Positions 1 to 8,680 of a stretch of 64,000 nt of DNA are shown piece by piece. Both the position numbers and the translations under genes were made by a program. Origin of the DNA: Planctomycetota bacterium (GTDB taxonomy: Bacteria; Planctomycetota; UBA1135; UBA2386); the NCBI GenBank assembly GCA_965228735.1, contig OZ245838.1, positions 4,992,001 through 5,056,000 of the forward strand, in the 5' to 3' direction. The notes under the pieces are model-generated. The model did not search any database. It was not told where the DNA came from and saw only the letters and a list, made by a program, of their open reading frames with translations. Each line of letters opens with the position of its first letter. Position 1 is the first letter of the stretch.

Positions 1-229
1 CGGATGGCCGTTCCTGTGGCGCGAAAACAGCCGCTGCAGCATCCCGGACGCCGACTTCGCGTGGTCGGGCGATCCGGCGCAATTCCTGTCGGTATTGGAG
101 CTTCCGGCGATGCCATCCGGGGCTCCGGAGTAGCTGCCGGCACGGGGCCCGATTCTCGAATAGTCTGGTCCGGCGGCCGTATCCGCCGCCCGGTCCCCAA
201 TGCTCTCCTTCTTCTTCAGAGGCATCGCG

Positions 230-625
230 ATGGAACTCTTGATCATCATCGGTGGCATCGCCCTCGTCTGGACGGTGCTGTCGCTCATCGAGTCGCGGCG
301 CAAGCGCCAGTCCGAGAACACGCAGCTGCTGCAGGAGGCGCTCAAGAACCCGGCGCTCGATCGGGCGACGCTCGAGACCCTGACGTATCAGCTCACGGGC
401 AAGAAGCCGCTGCGCAGCCTCAACAAGGGCAGCAAGTTCCTCGGGTTCCTGCTCGGGATCGGCTGGCTCGGCCTGTTCACGGGCATCGGCCTCCTCGTCG
501 GCGGCGAGCTCGAGAACGAACGCGAGCTCACGACTGCGGGTTGGATCGTCGGCCTCAGCGGCTTCGGCCTCGTGACGTATCCGTTCGCGCTGCGCGAGCT
601 CGATGCTCGCCGCGCGTCGCAGTAG
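230..625 (+). CDS. Small membrane protein (3 predicted TM helices), paralog of the downstream gene
   Basis: ORF 200..625; ATG 230 preceded by AGAGG; hydrophobic N-terminus, LLQEALKNPALD helix, two C-terminal hydrophobic segments. Confidence 0.75.
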   Translation: MELLIIIGGIALVWTVLSLIESRRKRQSENTQLLQEALKNPALDRATLETLTYQLTGKKPLRSLNKGSKFLGFLLGIGWLGLFTGIGLLVGGELENERELTTAGWIVGLSGFGLVTYPFALRELDARRASQ

Positions 626-680
626 CGCCGACGCGCCCGACCGACGAGCCCAGCCGTAAAGCCACAATCGGATTCGATCC

Positions 681-1136
681 ATGAACGACGAAGCCATCCT
701 CGCCATCGTCCTGACCGGCTGCGGTGCCGGCGCCCTGATCACCATCGTCAGCATCTGGGGATCCCGCCACAACGCCGAGCGGATGAAGCGGCTCGACGTG
801 ATGCAGAAGGCGCTCGAGCAGCCGGATCTCGATCATGAATCGCGGCGTCACCTGCTCGCCCAACTCGCGGCGGATCAGCAGGAGCAGAAGATCACGAGCG
901 GCGAGCGCCTCGCCCAGCTGCGGCGCTTCGCGCGCCTGGTCCTCGTCGGCGGTGGCTGGTGTCTCTTCATGTTCTGCGGCGCGATGCTGGCGATGATGGA
1001 GATGTTCAACGTCATGCGCTGGATGCCGTACGAACCGCTCGTGACGTTCCTGATCATCGGCTTCGTCGCGATGACGCTGCCGGTCGCCACGCGCGAGCTC
1101 ATGGCGCGCAGCGATCCCGAGACCGCGCAGCGCTGA
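681..1136 (+). CDS. Small membrane protein, paralog of the upstream gene
   Basis: Same layout: TM, VMQKALEQPDLD, TM, TM, ending LPVATRELMAR versus YPFALRELDAR. Confidence 0.75.
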   Translation: MNDEAILAIVLTGCGAGALITIVSIWGSRHNAERMKRLDVMQKALEQPDLDHESRRHLLAQLAADQQEQKITSGERLAQLRRFARLVLVGGGWCLFMFCGAMLAMMEMFNVMRWMPYEPLVTFLIIGFVAMTLPVATRELMARSDPETAQR

Positions 1137-1177
1137 TTCACGGCACTCGGGCGACACGCTGCGCGCGCCGTGCTTCA

Positions 1178-1753
1178 ATGCACCGCGTGACCCTGCCGCC
1201 GATCGCCGACCTGCTGCGCCGCGTCGAGGACGTGTTCGCGCTGTGGCGCGTCAAGGACCGCGCGATCGAGGTCGCCTACAACCGCCGGTTGCGCACGTGC
1301 GCGGGGCGCGCGTTCGTCGAATCGGGGCGCATCGAGCTCAACCCCAACGTGCTCGAACCCGTGCCGCACGAGGTCGACGCCGTGCTCGTGCACGAAGCGG
1401 CGCACGTCGCGGCGTGGCGGCTCTTCGGCGCGGCCGCCGAGGCGCACGGCCGCCATTGGCGCGCGCTCATGCGGCTCGCTGGCGCGCCGACCGAGATCAC
1501 CCACGACCTGCCGCTGCCGAAGCCGCGCAGCAAGCAGCGGCGCCGGACCTATCTCTACGCCCGCTTCTGCGCCGAGTGCGGCGACCGCCAGATCCTGATG
1601 AACGTGCGCTACGGCCGCTGCCACGGCTGCGGCGAACGGGACGCCTACCTCGTGCTGCGCGCGCCGCGGTCGGCCGCCGGGCGCGCCGCGCTGCAACGTT
1701 TGTCCCTGGCGGATGCGCGCGCGCGCTGCAGCGACATAATGGGCGGCGTCTGA
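1178..1753 (+). CDS. SprT-like zinc metalloprotease domain protein
   Basis: YNRRLRTCAGRA...IELN, LVHEAAH (HExxH), HGRHWRALM, C-terminal CxxC...CxxC. Confidence 0.85.
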   Translation: MHRVTLPPIADLLRRVEDVFALWRVKDRAIEVAYNRRLRTCAGRAFVESGRIELNPNVLEPVPHEVDAVLVHEAAHVAAWRLFGAAAEAHGRHWRALMRLAGAPTEITHDLPLPKPRSKQRRRTYLYARFCAECGDRQILMNVRYGRCHGCGERDAYLVLRAPRSAAGRAALQRLSLADARARCSDIMGGV

Positions 1754-1811
1754 TCCCGCCGATTTCGGGCTGCGCGTCGCGGCCCGCCTCGCCAGCCCTT
1801 CTCCGCCGTTC

Positions 1812-2708
1812 ATGAGCAGCGACCGCGACATCGACAGCAACGACATCTTCGAGCAGCTCGTGCGGCTGCGGCGCGCCGGCATCCCGGCGGCGCTCGCGAC
1901 GATCGTCGGCACCCGCGGCTCGACGCCGGGGCGCACGTCGATGCGGCTGCTCGTGCAGGCCGACGGCACGTTCGTCGGCACGGTCGGCGGCGGCTGCCTC
2001 GAGGCCGAGGTCTACGACACGGCGATGCAGGTGATCGAGGACGAGCAGCCGCGGTCGCTGCAGTTCCGACTGACCGAGCAGGATTCTCCCGACAGCGGCC
2101 TGATGTGCGGCGGCGAGGTGACGATCTTCGTGGAACCGATCACGACTCCGAGTCTCTGGATCTTCGGCGGCGGGCACGTGAGCAAGGCGCTCTGCCAGGT
2201 CGCCGCGCTCGCCGGCTTCCGCGTCACGATCGCCGACGATCGCCCCGCGTTCGCGACGACCGAACGCTTCCCCGAGGCGCACGCGGCCGTGAGCAAGCCG
2301 TATCCCGAGGCGGTCGCGGAGCTCCCGATCCGGCAGAACACCTATGCGATCGTCGTGACGCGCGGCCACCACGACGACGGCGTCGTGATCGAGGCGCTGG
2401 GTCGCCGGCACGCCGAGGGCGACGAGCTGCGGTTCTGCGGCATGATCGGCAGCAAGACCAAGCAGGCGTTGCTGTGGAAGCAGCTGCGGGAGAGCGGCGT
2501 GTCGGACGCGTTCCTCGATACCGTGCGCACGCCGATGGGGGCCTACCTCGGCGGCAAGACGCACGAGGAGATCGCGGTGTCGGTCGTGGCCGAGCTGATC
2601 TCGGTGCGGCGGACCGGCGAGGATCTCGAGGCGACCTGGGAACGCAAGCCGCGCAAGATCCGCGGCGGCGCCGAGGGCGTGCGCGAGCTGCCTGCGGCCG
2701 AAGCCTGA
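1812..2708 (+). CDS. XdhC/CoxI family molybdoenzyme accessory protein
   Basis: GSTPGR, GTVGGGCLEAEV, GLMCGG, IFGGGHVS, VTRGHHDD, GMIGSK, EEIAVSVVAELI motifs. Confidence 0.92.
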   Translation: MSSDRDIDSNDIFEQLVRLRRAGIPAALATIVGTRGSTPGRTSMRLLVQADGTFVGTVGGGCLEAEVYDTAMQVIEDEQPRSLQFRLTEQDSPDSGLMCGGEVTIFVEPITTPSLWIFGGGHVSKALCQVAALAGFRVTIADDRPAFATTERFPEAHAAVSKPYPEAVAELPIRQNTYAIVVTRGHHDDGVVIEALGRRHAEGDELRFCGMIGSKTKQALLWKQLRESGVSDAFLDTVRTPMGAYLGGKTHEEIAVSVVAELISVRRTGEDLEATWERKPRKIRGGAEGVRELPAAEA

Positions 2709-2729
2709 GGCGGCTCCGGCCCGCGCCGT

Positions 2730-2788
2730 CGAATCGGGTGCTGGCGAATCGGGGCTGTCGAATCGGGGCTGGGCGAATCGGGTGCTGG
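2730..2788. repeat. Intergenic tandem repeat, 4 copies of about 15 nt (CGAATCGGGKGCTGG-like)
   Basis: Copies start at 2730, 2745, 2759 and 2774. Confidence 0.85.
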
Positions 2789-2993
2789 CGCCCGTTTCCG
2801 GGCGATTCGACCGGCTGTGGTCGGCGTCCGGCCGGTAGCCCCGAGGATCGACCGAACCTCCAGCGCTCTCCGTCGTTGTCACCACGGGGGGCTGTCGGCA
2901 TGATGTTTCGCCCGGTCCCTCCCGCCGGCCCGTTCGAACCGGCCGGAGTCCGAGACTCCGCCGACCCCTCGCAGACCCAATTCGCTGAACTCG

Positions 2994-4028
2994 ATGAAGT
3001 CGTACTGCCTAGCTGCCCTCCTGCTCACTGTTCCGGCCCTGGCCCAGGGCGATCGCGTGTTCACGGTCGACGGCAAGTCGATCGATGACGTCGCCGTCAC
3101 CAGCTGGGACGTGCGGCAACTGAAGTACAAGAAGGGCGGTCGCGAGCAGACGCTCTCGGGCGATCAGGTCGTGCGCGTCGAGCTCGAGGATTTCCGCGAC
3201 GTGTTCCGGCTCGGGCTCAGCGATTCCGACCTGATGCTGACGAAGACGCGCGAGCAGCTCGCGGAGAAGAACAACTTGATGGCGCAGATCGGCTTCGTCC
3301 GCGCGTCGTCGATGTTCTTCGACGAAGGGCGCCCGCAGGAGGCGTCGGCCGCGCTCGACGAGCTCGCGAAGTCGATCGACGACGCCGGCACGCTGCCGGA
3401 GATCTACCGCCAGAAGTTCGAGTACTACATGGGTCTCGACCAGCGCGGCGCCTCGAGCGCCGGCACCGTCGCGAAGAAGTACATCACGGAGGCGCAGGGC
3501 AACGCGTGGCCGCAGGGCTACGTCGTCGAGGCCGAGTTCTTCCAGGCGCTCGCGGAGCGCGCCGCCGGCGGCGATCCGAAGGCGTTCCAGGCCAACCTCG
3601 AGGGGATCGTGCAGCGCGCCGCCGCGGTGCCGATGGTGCAGAACCGCGCGAACGTGCAGCTCGCCAACAGCCTGCTGCAGACCAACGACAATGCCAAGGC
3701 GCGGGCGATCTACGAGCGCATCGCCAAGCAGGACGGCGTCGACGACGCCTCGCTCGGCGGCGCCTACCTCGGGCTCGGTCTGCTGACGACGGCCGAGGCC
3801 ACCGACCAGGAGCAGCACAAGCGCGCGCTGCTGTGGTTCCTGCGCGTTCACCTCGAGACGGAGAAGGCGTGGCCGCACATCAAGGCCGAGGCCCTCTACA
3901 ACGCGGTGCAGGCGGCCGGCAAGTGGCGCGGCCCGCGCTACCAGTACATCCAGGCGCGCTGCCGCGGTGCGCTCAAGGCCGAGTTCCCCGACTCCAACTG
4001 GACCGAACGCGCCCTGCAGGGGCGCTGA
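2994..4028 (+). CDS. Exported TPR-like helical protein
   Basis: Signal peptide MKSYCLAALLLTVPALAQ; TPR-like helices (ARAIYERI, AYLGLG, ALLWFLRV, EALYNA). Confidence 0.75.
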   Translation: MKSYCLAALLLTVPALAQGDRVFTVDGKSIDDVAVTSWDVRQLKYKKGGREQTLSGDQVVRVELEDFRDVFRLGLSDSDLMLTKTREQLAEKNNLMAQIGFVRASSMFFDEGRPQEASAALDELAKSIDDAGTLPEIYRQKFEYYMGLDQRGASSAGTVAKKYITEAQGNAWPQGYVVEAEFFQALAERAAGGDPKAFQANLEGIVQRAAAVPMVQNRANVQLANSLLQTNDNAKARAIYERIAKQDGVDDASLGGAYLGLGLLTTAEATDQEQHKRALLWFLRVHLETEKAWPHIKAEALYNAVQAAGKWRGPRYQYIQARCRGALKAEFPDSNWTERALQGR

Positions 4029-4049
4029 TGCGCGCGAGCGAGCCCATCC

Positions 4050-4787
4050 GTGGGTGAGGGTCGCGAACCGAACGCGTCGGGGGGCGCGGGGGACCCGGCG
4101 ACGCCGTTCCCGACGGCGCCCCAGGGTCGGCTGAGCAACGCACTGTTCTGGGTGCTGTGGTTCATGGTCCGGTTGGCGCTTCGGCTCTATTGTCGCTTCC
4201 GCGTCGAAGGAGAGCTGCCGCAGGGCGCGTACGTGGTCGCGGCCAACCACGCGTCGTTCTTCGACCCGATCGTGCTCGGGGCGGCCGTGCCGCGGCGCGT
4301 CGTGTTCCTGATGACCGAGGTGGTCTACCGGTCGCGCACGATGGGCTGGTTCTATCGCTGGAACCGCGCGATCCCGCTGTCGACGCGCTTCCCCAACCGC
4401 GAATCGATGCGGGTGGCGCGCCAGGCACTGAAGCGGGGGCGCGCCGTCGGCATCTACCCCGAGGGCGGCATCAGTCGCGACGGCAAGCCGCTGCTCGGCA
4501 GTCCGGGTGCCGTCTCGCTCGTGCTCAACGAAGGCGTGCCGATCATCCCGGTCGGTCTCGTGGGCACGCACGGGTTGTTGCCGCCCGGGGCCGTCTTCCC
4601 ACGGCCGTGCCGGGTTACGGTGCGCTTCGGCAAACCGATCACGCCGGCCGAGCTCGCGGCCGTGCCGGGCGGGCGGCGCGAACGGTTGCAGGGCGCGACC
4701 AAGCTCATCATGGCGCGCATCGCCGAACTGACCGGGCACGAGCCGCGCGAGGCCGAGCTCGAACGCGCGTTCACCGAGTCGGCGTAG
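4050..4787 (+). CDS. Lysophospholipid acyltransferase family (PlsC-like)
   Basis: NHASFFD (HxxxxD) and IYPEGG motifs; VPIIPVGL; VRFGKPI. Confidence 0.9.
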   Translation: MGEGREPNASGGAGDPATPFPTAPQGRLSNALFWVLWFMVRLALRLYCRFRVEGELPQGAYVVAANHASFFDPIVLGAAVPRRVVFLMTEVVYRSRTMGWFYRWNRAIPLSTRFPNRESMRVARQALKRGRAVGIYPEGGISRDGKPLLGSPGAVSLVLNEGVPIIPVGLVGTHGLLPPGAVFPRPCRVTVRFGKPITPAELAAVPGGRRERLQGATKLIMARIAELTGHEPREAELERAFTESA

Positions 4788-4914
4788 GAGCCGATCAGGC
4801 GCTGCGGCTGGCACGTCGCCGCTGGGATGTCGCGTTCGGCACGTCGCGGTTGGGGTGGGCGAACGGGAAAGTCGGACGAACGTCGCGTTTTGACGGGCGT
4901 CGCGCCACGTAGGC

Positions 4915-5493
4915 GTGAACCCGACGACCGAGACCCCGCGGCTCAGTGAGCTGTCGGACGATGTCGTGTGCCGACTTGCGCACCGACACGCCCGGCGGTT
5001 CTTGCGGCGCTTCGACGACCCGACGACGCGGGCGGAGCTCGACGACCTCGTGCAGGAGAGCGCGGTCGCGGCGTGGCGGTGGGCGGATGCGATGCGCTAC
5101 CCCGAGCGCTTCGCTGCGGCGGTGCGGACGATCGCGCGCCGGCATCGGCAGCGGGCGATCGCCGCGCGCCGCAAGCGCCACGACCAGGAGTCGGCGGCCG
5201 CGGAGCTCGGTGGGCCGTCGGGGCGAAAGCCGCTCTGGATCGCCGGGCAAACGGTGCCGCACGGTTGGGCGATGCAGCGGCTCGGGCGCGCGCTGCGGCG
5301 GCTGCAGCCGACGGACCGGTGCGTGCTGCTCGCGTTCCAGGAGGGGTTCTGCATCAAGGAGATCGCGACGCGCTACGGCATGTCGGTGCCCAACGTGAAG
5401 GTGCGGGCGCACCGGGCGCGCCGGCGCGTGCGGCAGGAGATCGAGGCGGCGGCGCAGGATGCCGCGGCCGGCGATGGGTTCGAGTTGTGGTGA
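4915..5493 (+). CDS. ECF-type sigma-70 factor (divergent)
   Basis: DDLVQES region 2; region 4 ALRRLQPTDRCVLL...EIATRYGMSVPNVKVRAHRARRR. Confidence 0.75.
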   Translation: MNPTTETPRLSELSDDVVCRLAHRHARRFLRRFDDPTTRAELDDLVQESAVAAWRWADAMRYPERFAAAVRTIARRHRQRAIAARRKRHDQESAAAELGGPSGRKPLWIAGQTVPHGWAMQRLGRALRRLQPTDRCVLLAFQEGFCIKEIATRYGMSVPNVKVRAHRARRRVRQEIEAAAQDAAAGDGFELW

Positions 5494-5522
5494 ATCAGGC
5501 GCAAGCCGAGGAGGAACGACGG

Positions 5523-6632
5523 ATGGCAGATCGAAGGATGGCAGGGCAAAGGATGGCAGAGCAGTTGGTGTGGGTCGTCGGGTTGGTCGCCGTGCTGATG
5601 GTGCCGGGGCTTCCGGGCGGTCGGCTGCCGGCGCAATCGGAGGCGACTGCGAGGCCCGCGGCGAAGGTGGTGCCGAACGAGTCGGCCGATCCGGCGGCGG
5701 CGGCGCCGAAGGCGGCCGAGGTCAGCTCGGCCCGACCGAGCCCGGCGGGGCGCGACGCGCTCCGCAGGTGTCGGACACTGCGCGACGCCGCGCTCGCGCA
5801 GCGCGGCAAGGCGCGGTTCGCGGCGTTGGCCGAGGCGGCGTCGAACTACGACCGCGTCGCGGCCGGGTTCGCGGCGGAGCCAGCGGTCGCCGGCGTCGCG
5901 GCGTTCGGCGCGGCCGAGCTGTGGCGGCGGCACGGCAGCCCGGCGTTCGCCGAACGGGGCTATCTGCTCGCGGCGGCCCGCCTGCCCGCGCGGTTCGGGG
6001 CGCGCGGTCTCGTCGCGGCCGGAGACATGCAGCGTCGCCTCGGGCGTTCGGCGGACGCGCTCGCGACGTACGCGCGGGCGATCACGAAGGCGCCCGCGAG
6101 CAGTCACGCGCAGGCGGCCCGGCTCGCGCGCGTGCGGCTCCTGCGAGATGCGGGCCGGATGGACGCGGCGCTGCGCGCAGCGCAACTCGCGCTCGAGTGC
6201 GCCCGGCCGGGGTCGCAGGAAGTCGCCGCGTGCAACCTGCTCGCGTTGCTGCAGATTCAACGCGGTGACCTCGACGCCGCGGAGCGCGCGCTCGATTGCG
6301 CGCGTGACTCGCTCGAGGACATCGACCCGGTCGATCGCGCGCTGCTCGAGCGGCGCCGGCGGGCCGTGCAGGCGATGTCGGGCTGGCGCGCGCTGCAGCG
6401 CGCGCGCGATCGGGCGAACGGCACCGTCGGTGACGCGGTGCGGTTCGACGCCGATCGGCGATGTGGCACTTCGGAGGGGATCGACCCCGCGCCGGAGTCT
6501 CGACCCCAGCCGCAATCTCAGCCGCAATCTCGGCCGCAACGCGAGTCTCAACCCCAGCCACAGCCCCAGCCCCAGCCGAAGGCGAAGACACCCCCGGGCG
6601 GGAAGGCGAACGAGCTGGCGGATGGCCGTTGA
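5523..6632 (+). CDS. Exported TPR-repeat protein with a Q/P low-complexity tail (possible partner of the ECF)
   Basis: GAGGAGG RBS before ATG 5523; hydrophobic signal; TPR-like helices; PQPQSQ tail. Confidence 0.65.
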   Translation: MADRRMAGQRMAEQLVWVVGLVAVLMVPGLPGGRLPAQSEATARPAAKVVPNESADPAAAAPKAAEVSSARPSPAGRDALRRCRTLRDAALAQRGKARFAALAEAASNYDRVAAGFAAEPAVAGVAAFGAAELWRRHGSPAFAERGYLLAAARLPARFGARGLVAAGDMQRRLGRSADALATYARAITKAPASSHAQAARLARVRLLRDAGRMDAALRAAQLALECARPGSQEVAACNLLALLQIQRGDLDAAERALDCARDSLEDIDPVDRALLERRRRAVQAMSGWRALQRARDRANGTVGDAVRFDADRRCGTSEGIDPAPESRPQPQSQPQSRPQRESQPQPQPQPQPKAKTPPGGKANELADGR

Positions 6633-6662
6633 CTGCGGCGGGGCGCGGTCGAGAATCGGGGC

Positions 6663-7205
6663 ATGATCCGTCGGACCATCGTGCAGGCCACGCTCCTTGC
6701 CGTGCTGCTGCCGTCCTTCAGCGGTGGTTGCGCGGTCGCTCACGGGATCGACACGCTCGCGAGCGCGTGCCCGCCGGCAGAGTTCGGGCGGCCGCTCTAC
6801 GTGCGGGCGTTCGCCGGCACGGGTGCCTGGATCGGCGGCATCGCGGGCGGCATCGCGTCGGTCGTGATCCTGCCGATCACCTACCCGATCAGTCTGCTCG
6901 CCGATGACGGGCTCGGCGAGAACGGCCAGGCCGAGTTCTTGTTCGCGCCGGCGCTCGGCGGCGCCTCGGTCGGGCACGCGTTGCTCGGTGGAGCCGCGGA
7001 CGTGGTCGACTACACGTTCCGGCGCGCGTGGGTCGGCGAGAACGAGGTGATCACGAGCTACGAGTTCGTACCCGCGGCGGGTCCGGGCCTGCCGCCGGGC
7101 GGTCCGGGCCTGCCGCCGGGCGGTCCGGGCCTGCCGCCGGGCGGTCCGGGCCTGCCGCCGGGCGGTCCCGGTTCGCCGCCTGCCGAGCCCGACTCCTCAC
7201 GCTGA
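6663..7205 (+). CDS. Putative lipoprotein with a C-terminal (GPGLPPG)n tail
   Basis: Signal ending SGGC; Gly-rich hydrophobic segments; GC-rich coding pattern. Confidence 0.7.
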   Translation: MIRRTIVQATLLAVLLPSFSGGCAVAHGIDTLASACPPAEFGRPLYVRAFAGTGAWIGGIAGGIASVVILPITYPISLLADDGLGENGQAEFLFAPALGGASVGHALLGGAADVVDYTFRRAWVGENEVITSYEFVPAAGPGLPPGGPGLPPGGPGLPPGGPGLPPGGPGSPPAEPDSSR

Positions 7206-8419
7206 GCTGCGGAGGGCGGCCTGGTCGCAGCGACTGCGGTGCCTCGCTCCGTACCGGCGGGTTCGTTTGCCGCATCGATTCCTGGCAGGCGGATGCTGAA
7301 CGTCGCGCCGATCGCGGAGTCGCTGGTCCCATCAGTGAGCGGATCGACGAGCGCGAGTTCGCCGCCGTGCTGTCGAATGATGCCGTGAGACGTGGACAGC
7401 CCGAGGCCCGTGCCCTTCGCCTTGGTCGTGTAGAACGGCTCGAACAGCCGATCGCGCGTCGGGCCGGGGATGCCGGGACCCGAGTCCGCGACCCGGATCT
7501 CGATCCAGCGCGTGGCGTCCGCTGCAGGGCCGGGTGGTCGACCCTCACCGACCCGATCGGGCGGCGGCGGCGCCAGGCGCTTGCCGGTGATGTGGATCGC
7601 GCCCTGTGAGTCCATCGCGTCCTTGGCGTTGGCCACGAGGTTCATGAACACCTGCTCGAGCTGCGAGCGGTTGGCGCGGACCGCCGGGAGAGACTCGTCC
7701 AGGTCCAGTTCGAGATGGACGTGGTTGCCGGCGAGGCGGCGGAGCAACGGTTGGAGTTCGCGCAGGAACGCGCCGACGTCGAGCGGCACGCTGCGTCCGC
7801 TCTGGTGCCGCGCGAACGTGAGGAGCTGGCGCGTGAGTTCACGGCCACGTTCGGCGGCGCCCTCGATGTTGTCGAGACTCGCGAGCGTCTTGTTCGAGAC
7901 GTCCTCGTGCAGGCGACAGCACTGCGCTTCACCGCGAATCACGGTGAGCACGTTGTTGAAGTCGTGGGCCAGGCCGCCCGCGAGGTGGCCCATGCTCTCC
8001 ATCTTCTGGGCCTGCCGCAGTTGCGCTTCGAGCAGCTTCGTCGCCGTGATGTCGGCGATCGTGCCGATGACGCCGGCCACGGCGCCGATCTCGTCGAGCC
8101 GGGCTTCGCCGGTACATCGCACCCACCGGTCGTCCGCCGTGCGCACGCGGCAGTCGACCGCGAAGTGCTGGTCCGTGCCGGTCAGCGTCGCCTCGACGTG
8201 CCGCTGCAGCACGGTCATGTCGACTTCGTCGATGCGGTGCAGGAAGCCGGCGAACCGCGTCGGTCCTGGCGCGTCCGGCAGCCCGAGAAGCGGGCCTGCG
8301 TCACCGGACCAGGTCAGCTCGTCGGATGCTGCAGACCATTCCCACACGGCGAGTTGCGCCGCCCGGGCCGCGACCCGCAGCCGTTCCGTTGCGGAGACTT
8401 CGCTCCTCTCTCGAGCCAT
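7058..8419 (-). CDS. PAS-domain sensor histidine kinase
   Basis: PAS_3-like N-terminus; QAQKMESMGHLAGGLAHDFNN H-box; NLVANAKDAM, DSGPGI, FEPFYTTK, GTGLGL; GGAGG before ATG 8419. Confidence 0.92.
   Translation of the reverse strand: MARERSEVSATERLRVAARAAQLAVWEWSAASDELTWSGDAGPLLGLPDAPGPTRFAGFLHRIDEVDMTVLQRHVEATLTGTDQHFAVDCRVRTADDRWVRCTGEARLDEIGAVAGVIGTIADITATKLLEAQLRQAQKMESMGHLAGGLAHDFNNVLTVIRGEAQCCRLHEDVSNKTLASLDNIEGAAERGRELTRQLLTFARHQSGRSVPLDVGAFLRELQPLLRRLAGNHVHLELDLDESLPAVRANRSQLEQVFMNLVANAKDAMDSQGAIHITGKRLAPPPPDRVGEGRPPGPAADATRWIEIRVADSGPGIPGPTRDRLFEPFYTTKAKGTGLGLSTSHGIIRQHGGELALVDPLTDGTSDSAIGATFSIRLPGIDAANEPAGTERGTAVAATRPPSAAQREESGSAGGEPGPPGGRPGPPGGRPGPPGGRPGPPGGRPGPAAGTNS
7080..7180. 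repeat. 21-nt tandem repeat GGTCCGGGCCTGCCGCCGGGC x4 plus a degenerate fifth copy
   Basis: Exact copies at 7080, 7101, 7122 and 7143. Confidence 0.95.
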
Positions 8420-8680
8420 GGACACCCTCCTGGGTTGGGTGGAACTTGCTCAATGCGGCCCCCTTGCACGGGGGCCGACTCCTCAGCACTTCACCGTAGC
8501 TGGCATGTGGCGTGCCGCAACCGGGCCGCGGGCGGGTTGTCGCCGCTCAGGCTCGGCCGGTCGCCCATCGGGTGCGGCTACGGTTTGGCTGATCCCAGGA
8601 TTTCTAAACTCTAGCTAGCGTTTGGCAAAGCGAGATGGGCGCGCGGACCGGCAATCCGCCGCGCGCGGAAACGGCCGCGA

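Noticed and set aside
1812..2708. Orphan XdhC without molybdoenzyme genes
   Set aside because: Stand-alone xdhC genes are common
8490..8590. c-di-GMP-I riboswitch call
   Set aside because: Only a vague likeness; the GNRA-loop P2 stem and GCAAA core are missing
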